NCBI GenBank assembly: GCA_026396205.1
Contig: JAPLXF010000058.1
Span: 1 to 39,207, forward strand
DNA from: Candidatus Moraniibacteriota bacterium
GTDB lineage: Bacteria > Patescibacteriota > Minisyncoccia > Moranbacterales > UBA2206
Reading direction: 5' to 3'
Length of the DNA stretch: 39,207 nt
Shown: piece by piece, positions 18,859 through 26,569 of the stretch
Position numbering within the stretch: the stretch's first letter is position 1
How the letters are laid out: the number at the start of each line of letters is the position of its first letter
Translations under genes and position numbers: made by a program
The notes under the pieces: model-generated
Database searches by the model: none
Told to the model about the DNA's origin: nothing
What the model saw: the letters and a program-made list of their open reading frames with translations, nothing else

Positions 18859-19393
18859 TTAGCGGATATCCATTTGCTCCACCATCCCTAAATCGCTGTG
18901 TTCGAAAATTTGCGGGTTATAGGAAGTGTAAAGCAGTTCGATAATTTCTTGGGTTTTGAGCATAGTCAAGCGGAGCCCCATGCCGGAAAGTCCGGCGACA
19001 ATATGGTCCACTCTTTGCAATAGCTGGTTGCGGTAAGTTTCAAAATTAGTTCTTTTTTCCAAAATGTCCTTACGGGGATTAACTAAACTGAAAACATTGC
19101 GGAAAAAACCTTTTTCTTTGTTTTCAATGGGAGAAAAAGGAACAGTAATGTAAGATGAGAATTTGCAGGGGGAAATCCAGAGAATTAAGGAAATTTTGGT
19201 AGCCGTTGATGATGGCTTCCTGCTCTTGGGTGGATTTCAAATCGTAATTGATGGCCGAAACGGCAATAATGGCGCGGATGGCCCCACTTTTCAGCACCAC
19301 GATATCTTCCTTAATTTCCAGCACATCCAAAAACTGCTGGGTGGTAGCGCTCCCGGTTTTTTTGGCTAATTTGGTTGAATACAGAGGCTCCAT
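18859..19393 (-). pseudogene. VirB4-associated (TraC-N-like) conserved protein split by a frameshift at ~19153
   Basis: The frame carrying TQQFLDVLEIKEDIVVLK...FLNSLDFPLQILI switches to YITVPFSPIENKEKGFF...IIELLYTSYNP, in frame with ORF 18859-19062. Confidence 0.7.
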
Positions 19394-19398
19394 ACGCG

Positions 19399-19510
19399 TA
19401 ATTTCTAATATCTAATTTCTAATTTCCAATGAAATTATTAATTTCAAATTTCAAAAATAATTAAACATTATAAATTTCATTGGTAATTGGATATTGGAAA
19501 TTGGTAATTA
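19399..19510. repeat. Inverted heptamer arrays forming a long hairpin
   Basis: (ATTTCYA)n-ATGAAATT at 19399-19436 versus AATTTCAT-(TGGWAAT)n at 19473-19510. Confidence 0.8.
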
Positions 19511-19516
19511 TTAAAT

Positions 19517-19909
19517 CTATTTTCCTTGTTCCAACAATTTGGATATTTCGGTTATTTTCGCTTCGCTGATTTTTTTCTGTTCTTTTTTAGCGATTATTTT
19601 TTTTATTATTTTAGCCTTTTGGGCTTTTTCCGGAATTCTTTTCCAGAAATACAATTTAGGCTTGAAAACAAAAACAACGGACGAGGTAATAAAGGAAATC
19701 AGCGGCTGGTTATAGGGGCGGTAGAAGGCGAAAGCCCCGAAAATAGCGGCAATCGGGACGCAGGAGATAAAGAAAGCGCTGACATCCAGCAAGTTCCAAG
19801 TTACCAGCAATACCGCGCCCATACCGAACATCCAGCCTAGCTGTTTGGCAGTTAAAGGCCCAACAATCTTGTCTTCTTTATCAATAAATTGGGGAACATT
19901 GAACAGCAT
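19517..19909 (-). CDS. PrgI family protein (VirB3-like)
   Basis: FNVPQFIDKEDKIVGPLTAKQL, two TM helices and KPKLYFW. The ORF-track N-terminal extension is translated repeat. Confidence 0.88.
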   Translation of the reverse strand: MLFNVPQFIDKEDKIVGPLTAKQLGWMFGMGAVLLVTWNLLDVSAFFISCVPIAAIFGAFAFYRPYNQPLISFITSSVVFVFKPKLYFWKRIPEKAQKAKIIKKIIAKKEQKKISEAKITEISKLLEQGK

Positions 19910-19958
19910 GGAACATGGAACATGGAACATGGAACATGGAATATGTAACATGTTTCAT
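19907..19958. repeat. Heptamer tandem array (CATGGAA)x5 plus 2 degenerate units
   Basis: Read directly from the sequence. Confidence 0.92.
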
Positions 19959-19965
19959 TTTTTTA

Positions 19966-20334
19966 TTATTTTTTACTTTCAATTAATTTCCAGAGCATAG
20001 CTCCTATTTCATCCAAAAGACTCATAATTTCATCATATTCTTTTTTGCAAATATATTTTTCAGTATGCGAGAAATAAACCAGATATTTAGTTTCTTTCAA
20101 TGAGCCGTAGGAAATTTCCAAAAAATTTCTGTAGGAATTCCGGCTGTTTCTAGCATAGCCTTCTATATAGTTTAGTATAATTGAAAGCGCCGACCTTCTC
20201 AATTGGGAAGTTACTCCATAAATTTCTTCTTTTGGAAAGTTTTTAGTTTCAGAATATATTTTATGGATCACCAAATCCATTTTTATTTTTAAAGCATCAT
20301 GAAATCTTATTTTGTTTTCTGTTTTTTGCTTCAT
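19966..20334 (-). CDS. Four-helix-bundle protein (23S rRNA IVP / 'S23' / Avd-like family)
   Basis: IYSETKNFPKEEIYGVTSQLRRSALSIILNYIEGYAR...FLEISYGSLKETKY family signature. Confidence 0.92.
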   Translation of the reverse strand: MKQKTENKIRFHDALKIKMDLVIHKIYSETKNFPKEEIYGVTSQLRRSALSIILNYIEGYARNSRNSYRNFLEISYGSLKETKYLVYFSHTEKYICKKEYDEIMSLLDEIGAMLWKLIESKK

Positions 20335-20373
20335 GTTATGTGTTATGTGCTATGTGTTCCATGTTACGTGTTC
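20332..20373. repeat. Heptamer tandem array (YRTGYTM)x6, inverted relative to 19907-19958
   Basis: catgtta tgtgtta tgtgcta tgtgttc catgtta cgtgttc. Confidence 0.88.
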
Positions 20374-21839
20374 TATGATTTCAAATTTACCACATTCCTG
20401 CCCATCTGTCTTTCGGGTTTAGTTGGCAGCTGGACTGGTGGATAGGAATTTTGGCTGGCACCGAAGACCGGTTCAATGCGTGAGGGAGTTTTTTGCATAG
20501 ATTTCAAATCAACAATTCTTTTGCCTCGGGAAATAGGCTCGCCCCGTGGAGGCGTAGCCTCTTTACGGGGTTCGGGGATATCCGGCGGCGGAGTTGGTAT
20601 GGAAACCGGCGGTTTTTGCGCTTGCCCCGTAGCGAACCCGGTTCTGCTACTGGGGGATTGGATAGCGGCTAATTTTTCTTCTATTTCCGAACCCAAGCCC
20701 GTTTCTCCAGTTGTTTTCAGGCGGTTTTTTTCAAAAGGCATTTTTTGCGGGGAAGAAAAACTCAAAGTTCCCAGCGAATCAATTTCATCTTCTTCTTTTT
20801 CTTCTTTTTCCGGCGCCTTAAAAGTCTCCGTCCCAATCGTCTCGCCGCGTGTCCCGCCTTGGCGGGATTTACGCGGCTCCCTGTCGAATGCTCCATATTC
20901 TGCATTATATGTCTGTCCCATTCTACTACTTGGGGCCGCGCCGCGTGGAGGCGTAGCCTCTTTACGCGGTTCTATGCTATGTGTTACGTGCTCCGTATTA
21001 CTTGTTCCATGTTCCATGTTATGTGTTCCATGCTCCATGAAAAAAATCTCCTTCCTATTCTCATCAACCGAAATTGGTGATTTTTCGTCTAGCGCTTTCA
21101 AAACCATGGCCAATTTCCGGCGCTCGTCCTCACTTAATTTAATAGTGTTTTTTTCTTGGAAAAGATAATGGCTGCGCGTCAGCTGGTCATGGTATTCGTA
21201 GCCGAGGTTGAAAGTATAATCGGCAATCCAGTTTTTAACCGAGGGCCGGACCGGATCGGGAAAACTTTTCAGAGTGATTTTGTCATTAGTAATCAATTGT
21301 TCGCCTAACTGGGGATATTTTTTCAGCGCTTCGACGATAGGCAGATTGACTAATTTGGGAATATAAACTTTTTTCTCTAAGACTTCCTTAGTTTCTCCAG
21401 CTTCCTCTTTAGTTAGTTCTTCTTTTTCTCTCATCAAATCGGCAATCCACGGTTCGGTAATTAAAACTTTTTGGTATAATTCTTCTTCAGATATTGGCGG
21501 CGGAGGCGGATTTATGCCCTTCCATTTTTCCAAAATCGGCTGGGCATTGGGAAATTGTTCCGGGAACCGGGCAAAAATTCTTTTGACAATTTCCTTAGCG
21601 ATGCCAAAAGCGGTATAGGAATTAACGCGGACATTATTTTGAATTGCCGCCGGCAAATTTTCTAAGGCAAAATCACCAACAAAAGCCAAACCAACCGAAC
21701 CTGTTATGTTAACGCTTAATTTTGGGTTAATGTTAAAATAAATTAAACTTTTTTTAATTTCTATCATTGGAGTATCTGAAATCGCCAAATTAAATATTTC
21801 CAGTGGTAATTTATTTAATTTTTCTGAAAAAGTAGCCAT
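20373..21839 (-). CDS. Hypothetical cytoplasmic protein with a repeat-filled disordered C-terminal half
   Basis: 488 aa with a globular N-half; the tail has EPRKEATPPRG twice and MEHGTHN heptad repeats. Confidence 0.8.
   Translation of the reverse strand: MATFSEKLNKLPLEIFNLAISDTPMIEIKKSLIYFNINPKLSVNITGSVGLAFVGDFALENLPAAIQNNVRVNSYTAFGIAKEIVKRIFARFPEQFPNAQPILEKWKGINPPPPPISEEELYQKVLITEPWIADLMREKEELTKEEAGETKEVLEKKVYIPKLVNLPIVEALKKYPQLGEQLITNDKITLKSFPDPVRPSVKNWIADYTFNLGYEYHDQLTRSHYLFQEKNTIKLSEDERRKLAMVLKALDEKSPISVDENRKEIFFMEHGTHNMEHGTSNTEHVTHSIEPRKEATPPRGAAPSSRMGQTYNAEYGAFDREPRKSRQGGTRGETIGTETFKAPEKEEKEEDEIDSLGTLSFSSPQKMPFEKNRLKTTGETGLGSEIEEKLAAIQSPSSRTGFATGQAQKPPVSIPTPPPDIPEPRKEATPPRGEPISRGKRIVDLKSMQKTPSRIEPVFGASQNSYPPVQLPTKPERQMGRNVVNLKS
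20538..21038. repeat. Cluster of in-frame hairpin elements and a heptamer array
   Basis: Hairpins at 20542-20570, 20625-20655, 20845-20876 and 20941-20969; catgttc-type array at about 20970-21038. Confidence 0.85.
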
Positions 21840-21844
21840 TGTAT

Positions 21845-24208
21845 TTATAAATTTTTAAGAACATCATTATCATTTATATATTGTTGATGTCTTGGATCAC
21901 CTTTCATAACATTAATAATGTCACGTTGAATAGTCGTATTTTTCATTCTAGGCATTATTTCTCTTATTTGGCCATTCGATAAATTATCAGACCACTTTTG
22001 CCTCATTGCGGGAGTAACGCCAATAGTTTTGCCGCCCGAAAATCTTCGCAGAGTATCCGGGTTGCCATCTTTAATTATTTCATCCTGCATACTATCTCCT
22101 GCAGCACTTTCTGCAAATGCTCCAAACTTGCCTGTCATAGCTGTGTAAGATTTTTGTATGTCGCGGTGTATAGAGTTAGAAGAATCCTTGAATTTATAAT
22201 CTCTAGTTAGTGGATCAATGTAGTCGGCAATTTCTCCTGTAACTTTTTTAACAGTGTCTTTATATTTCTTCCTAACTTTTTCCCAATCAGGAGCCTTGAC
22301 AATGCCTTCCTCAGAAGCAATTCGCATCGTTTCTAGATTGCCAATAGAGTGCTCATTTTGTTTATTAACATCATATTGATTGCTATTGACAAAAGATCTT
22401 ATAGCTTGATCTCTCTTTGCCGGATCTAAATGATCAAAAGCGGCGGCAGTATCATTAATTTTCAGTTTATTATTAATTCGAGAAAATACTTGCGAGTTAT
22501 CACCAAAGGCTTTTCGCATCTTTTGATAATAAGTATCATCCGTATCAGGAACCCAATTGCCAGCAGCATTCTTTTTATATCTATTTAAGGATCCCTTATC
22601 AGCTAAAGCGATTAATCCAGCAGAGTAAACATCTTTATTACCACTGGCCATTAAGCTTCTAATATCAGGTTCAGCCATATCTTTCATATTGTAGCGTTCA
22701 TATTCTCCCTCTACCCTTTTAAGCTGATCTTTTTGAAATCTATTTCTAGCATCCATAACACCCCTCCAACCAGGAGCAATTTTTGAACGGGCCCAATCCT
22801 GTCGACTACCGGTCCATGTTCCCATCCGATTGGCCCAACCTTCAGTGGTGGTTTCATCTCTTCTTTTGCGGTAGGCTTTCCAGCCTCGGTGGGCGAAACT
22901 AAGTCCGGAAGCCCATTTGCCGAATTGTTTGGCGCGTCTTTTAACGGTTTCAGCTCCGGCAATACTCATTGATTGGGCAAAACCGATGCCGATCCAAAGA
23001 ATAACGATCGGAATAGCATAGAAAGTGAAAGCGCCAATTACATTAGAAGCAGTATAAGGATCCGTAGTAAATTTATGACCAGTGCTGCCCCATGTGGCAC
23101 CTATTTTTTGCATCATCGAAGTGGCGACATAAAGCATAAAGATCTGAATCGGTCCGAAAAAAGAATACTTAAAAAGATAGTCCCAAAACTGACCGACTTT
23201 CAAAGCCTTTTCTGATTTAGAGGAAGGAATAATAGCGCCGACAAAAGCCACCGGAGAAAAGATGATGAGAATAGTCAGTACAATGGTTCGAATGACTAAA
23301 AGTATAGAAATGGAAAGTAGGGTAATCATAAAAATGAAGAAAAAAATCACCAGCATAATTAAATAAGAAGTATCCGCCTTCCCCGGTACAATATTTTTGA
23401 TTATGTCTCCTAAGCCCGCATCTCTAGCCATGGAAGAAGCAAAACTGTTTATGTCAGTACTTTTTACAAGAAGAGTGTTGATAAGCGTGTACATCAAAAC
23501 ATTAGAAAAATCAATAATTACCCGGACAATGGGATAGCTGAAATTAACCAAAAGCGCCATTATGATAGTTCGGAAAAGAATGCTCCGAAAGCTGTATTTT
23601 TCCACTTGGAAAATAGTGGCAAAAGCGCAAAAAAGCAAAACCAGAATAAAAGCCAAATTGAGAAAATCGCGGACTTGTGACCAAATAGTGTAATTAATTC
23701 GATTATCCATTATATTTCTAACCATTTCCGGATTAACAATTGCGCTAAATAATGCTCCTGCCAAATCTAGAAATTGACTCTCGGCTTTAAGTACGGATAA
23801 GAGAGAGCAATCAACCGGATGCAAAAGCCAGACGCTCCATTCACCTATCACGCCTTCGCAAATTTTTACATCATTACTATTTGTTCCTGTTTGAGTTTCA
23901 TAAGATGTTTTTGTTTCTATCCCATTGGTTTTTGTGTCTCCTAAAGTTCCAGATGTATAAAATTTTCCAGGTTCATATTCTGTTTCTGTACATTTTTTAG
24001 AACAAGAAGCATCATCAGCAAAATCTCCTGGTATGGTTTGTGTTATAAATTCAGTTGGTTTATTGCCGCCAAGTACAATTTTTTTACACATGCAAGATTT
24101 TGCTTCTGCTTTTTCCGCCTTTCCCAAAAACAAAAAACACGCCGCGGTTAAAAATAAAAACAGCAGAAGCGATTGGGAAAGTTTGGATTTTTTACAGATA
24201 ATATGCAT
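21845..24208 (-). CDS. VirB6/TrbL-like polytopic membrane protein with a long C-terminal domain
   Basis: Signal-like N-terminus; WSQVRDFLNLAFIL, ALLVNFS..I..VIIDFSN and R.IVL.IL.IFSPVAF; T4SS context. Start moved to MHIICKK. Confidence 0.7.
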   Translation of the reverse strand: MHIICKKSKLSQSLLLFLFLTAACFLFLGKAEKAEAKSCMCKKIVLGGNKPTEFITQTIPGDFADDASCSKKCTETEYEPGKFYTSGTLGDTKTNGIETKTSYETQTGTNSNDVKICEGVIGEWSVWLLHPVDCSLLSVLKAESQFLDLAGALFSAIVNPEMVRNIMDNRINYTIWSQVRDFLNLAFILVLLFCAFATIFQVEKYSFRSILFRTIIMALLVNFSYPIVRVIIDFSNVLMYTLINTLLVKSTDINSFASSMARDAGLGDIIKNIVPGKADTSYLIMLVIFFFIFMITLLSISILLVIRTIVLTILIIFSPVAFVGAIIPSSKSEKALKVGQFWDYLFKYSFFGPIQIFMLYVATSMMQKIGATWGSTGHKFTTDPYTASNVIGAFTFYAIPIVILWIGIGFAQSMSIAGAETVKRRAKQFGKWASGLSFAHRGWKAYRKRRDETTTEGWANRMGTWTGSRQDWARSKIAPGWRGVMDARNRFQKDQLKRVEGEYERYNMKDMAEPDIRSLMASGNKDVYSAGLIALADKGSLNRYKKNAAGNWVPDTDDTYYQKMRKAFGDNSQVFSRINNKLKINDTAAAFDHLDPAKRDQAIRSFVNSNQYDVNKQNEHSIGNLETMRIASEEGIVKAPDWEKVRKKYKDTVKKVTGEIADYIDPLTRDYKFKDSSNSIHRDIQKSYTAMTGKFGAFAESAAGDSMQDEIIKDGNPDTLRRFSGGKTIGVTPAMRQKWSDNLSNGQIREIMPRMKNTTIQRDIINVMKGDPRHQQYINDNDVLKNL

Positions 24209-24217
24209 TTTGTATAT

Positions 24218-24342
24218 TGTCATTCCGCACCCCAAGTCATACGACGGGGTAAACTTGATGCGGAATCTAGTAAATAAAACAAAATTATTGGACTGGATCC
24301 CGGATCAGGTCCGGGATGACATTTGTGTAGCTCGGGATGACA
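24218..24342. repeat. Bipartite REP/RPE-like element, copy 3, with a nested 24-bp hairpin
   Basis: TGTCATTCCGC[ACCCCAAGTCATACGACGGGGTAA]ACTTGATGCGGAATCTAG...CTGGATCCCGGATCAGGTCCGGGATGACA, plus an extra CGGGATGACA. Confidence 0.85.
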
Positions 24343-24346
24343 ACAT

Positions 24347-25336
24347 CTACTGCCTTAAATTGACAGAACTTTGGCTATTGTATCTCTGAGGCGGAGTTTG
24401 CGTTTTTTGCGCTTGGGTTTTTTGGCTGTTAACTCTGGTAGTTTCCTTAGAAACATTTTGGGATGCGTTGCCGATGCCTTGATTGAGGGTTTTTGTCATA
24501 ATTTGGGAAACGACGGCTGTGATAACTTCCGGCATATGGGTGGCGCCAGCCAGAATTTTATTGCCCAAATCTTGTGTATTGGAATAAATGTCTTTGACGG
24601 TGGAACCAGGCGTGACGGTTTTGCCGTTCTGCTCTTTGCCGATAAAGCCTTGCCCAGCAATGCCTTTATTAGTATTAATCAGAGTCTGTAAATTTATCTC
24701 TTTTTGGTGCTCGTCTTGGATATAATTATTGAAAGCCCAAGGATTGTTGATTCCGGAAACATAGGACAATAAATTACTCATTCCATTTTTGGGATCCTTA
24801 AACATATCTCCCGGATTGCCTTTATAGTTCATTTGTGGCGCTTTCTTTTCCGTAGTGGAAGCTTTGGCCATTTGCTGCAAGCCTTGAGAATAGGACGACG
24901 AGGAACCGGAGATGGAAGATTTGGATTTGGAAGAAAAGCCTTCGGAAGAACTGCCGGCTGGCGCGTAAGAAAAGCTGCCGCGCCCACTTAAAGATCGATC
25001 GATAAGGTTGTTAGTATATTTATTGGCTTTATTTTCTGGATCGGTTTTTGTCCAGGCTAGCCAGTCGGTAATAAACATAGCTCCTCCGCTGCCGCTAATC
25101 ATAACGCTGATTTGGCTATTCAGGGTGCTGGCGGCAGTTTGTTTCAAAACTCCCAAAATTATGCCCTGTAACTGGTTAAAAATAACTTCCAGCGCTTGTT
25201 TCATAATTTCAGCCGGCGCCGCGTCCCAAGCATAAGCCGGCCGAGCTAAGTTCGGAGAGAAAACCAAAGACAAAGAAATAAGCAAAACCGCCATCCCTCG
25301 AATTAAAAATAATTTTTTCCTTTTTTGATTTTTCAT
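24347..25336 (-). CDS. Secreted hypothetical protein of the T4SS-like operon
   Basis: Signal peptide MKNQKRKK...ARPAYA; FITDW and GQGF...VTPGS motifs; start moved to 25336. Confidence 0.75.
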   Translation of the reverse strand: MKNQKRKKLFLIRGMAVLLISLSLVFSPNLARPAYAWDAAPAEIMKQALEVIFNQLQGIILGVLKQTAASTLNSQISVMISGSGGAMFITDWLAWTKTDPENKANKYTNNLIDRSLSGRGSFSYAPAGSSSEGFSSKSKSSISGSSSSYSQGLQQMAKASTTEKKAPQMNYKGNPGDMFKDPKNGMSNLLSYVSGINNPWAFNNYIQDEHQKEINLQTLINTNKGIAGQGFIGKEQNGKTVTPGSTVKDIYSNTQDLGNKILAGATHMPEVITAVVSQIMTKTLNQGIGNASQNVSKETTRVNSQKTQAQKTQTPPQRYNSQSSVNLRQ

Positions 25337-25337
25337 T

Positions 25338-26432
25338 TTAAGGTGATGTTGTTCCGATGCCAACTGTTGCCGTGCCGCCGACTCCGACTGTTGCGGTACT
25401 GCCAATGCCTAAATTATCCAGCACGGCCGGGTCGACTCCCATCTGTTCGATTTTTTGTTTGAGAACATCAGTGTAATCTATTCCCAATTCGGAAAATTTA
25501 CTCTGCAGTTCCGACATAAAAGCCATCATAGTTTCCATCAGGCCTTGCATCTTGGAAAAATTGGCGATGTCAGCCATCGGGTCTTCCGGATTGGGAGCGA
25601 TGCGGTCCTTAAGAATTATGGCGTATTTGGCAAATTGCAAAGCTTTGGTATGGATGCCGACCAAATCTTCCGGCACCTCCACGGCTTTCAATTGATCTAA
25701 TATTTTTTGCCCGCTGGCGGCGACATCATTCAAAAGCGCCGGCTCGCGATTGGTCAGCGCCGAGGTTATACTGCCTGTGATAGAACTCAAAAAAGTATCC
25801 AGTTTTCCGGAAGTCAAAGGCGCGGGAGAGTTGCTGGAGAAAATATAGAAAACCGAAGCGATGTAAGTGGAAAAATCTTCCTGCTTTTGCTGTTTTAATT
25901 TTTCCGCGGATAAATTTTTAGTGTTGGCTTTTTTGATTTTAATTTCGTCCGGAGAAATAGCCGGCAGATCTTCAGCGCCTATATCTTTATTGACAACCTC
26001 ATCAGTTAATTGCTGAATCTGATCGATGGAAATTTGCTGATTTTCCGGATCAGTCGTGTTCATCAATTGGGTAACTTTTTGGGCGACTTGGTTGGTGATG
26101 TTGGGCTTGGCTTCCGTGCCATTTGCAGAGGCTGATGGCGCCGAAACCGAAGTTGCTTCCGCTGTAAATAATTTGTCGCCCGGCGCCGGTTTTAAGGGAT
26201 TATAGCCGCTGCGCACTTCCACCCCGTCGGAATAGCCGTCGCCGTCCGTGTCGCGGTTTTGCGGGTCGGTGCCGTAAGATTTTTCTTCCGCGTCAGTCAA
26301 TCCGTCCTGGTCGGAATCCAAAAAGATATTGGCGTTGAAAGGCTTTTCCTGCGCCACTGAAAAAAAGGAAAAACTCAAGGCAAACAAACACGCCAATACA
26401 AACAAAGTTGGTTTGAGATTACTGATTTTCAT
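25338..26432 (-). CDS. Secreted protein with DxDxDG Ca-binding (TSP3-like) repeats
   Basis: Signal peptide; DSDQDGLTDAEE..YGTDPQNRDTDGDGYSDGVEV. Confidence 0.8.
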   Translation of the reverse strand: MKISNLKPTLFVLACLFALSFSFFSVAQEKPFNANIFLDSDQDGLTDAEEKSYGTDPQNRDTDGDGYSDGVEVRSGYNPLKPAPGDKLFTAEATSVSAPSASANGTEAKPNITNQVAQKVTQLMNTTDPENQQISIDQIQQLTDEVVNKDIGAEDLPAISPDEIKIKKANTKNLSAEKLKQQKQEDFSTYIASVFYIFSSNSPAPLTSGKLDTFLSSITGSITSALTNREPALLNDVAASGQKILDQLKAVEVPEDLVGIHTKALQFAKYAIILKDRIAPNPEDPMADIANFSKMQGLMETMMAFMSELQSKFSELGIDYTDVLKQKIEQMGVDPAVLDNLGIGSTATVGVGGTATVGIGTTSP

Positions 26433-26462
26433 CCAATTTAAATTTATTCAATTTGCACTAAA

Positions 26463-26471
26463 ATTATACCA
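26463..26471 (-). promoter_or_regulatory. Extended -10 promoter for the T4SS-like operon
   Basis: TGGTATAAT on the minus strand, 30 bp upstream of the 26432 start. Confidence 0.65.
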
Positions 26472-26500
26472 CAAAAATAAGTGAAAAAAAACTTCCAGCC

Positions 26501-26509
26501 TGTGGATAA
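26501..26509 (-). promoter_or_regulatory. Perfect DnaA box in a divergent promoter region
   Basis: TGTGGATAA, the reverse complement of TTATCCACA. Confidence 0.55.
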
Positions 26510-26569
26510 GAAACAGAATAAACTTTTGTCAAGTTGCCTATCCGAGAAAGGGCTGTTAGAGTGATAGCG

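Noticed and set aside
19910..19951. MLHIPCSMFHVPCS extension of PrgI (similarly flippase 4842-4877, comM 31772-31795, VirB6-like 24209-24235)
   Set aside because: These are translations of repeat elements upstream of the likely true starts.
19966..20334. Diversity-generating retroelement (Avd-like gene)
   Set aside because: No reverse transcriptase and no TR/VR pair with adenine-specific mismatches was seen in the window.
19907..21038. Tandem repeats as a CRISPR array
   Set aside because: Units are 7 bp and contiguous, with no unique spacers and no cas genes.
25341..25410. G(I/V)GxTATV repeats at the C-terminus of the 364-aa protein
   Set aside because: Short low-complexity duplication with no further support for a function.
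10428..26432. Integrative conjugative element or prophage
   Set aside because: No integrase, relaxase, coupling protein, att repeats or phage structural genes.
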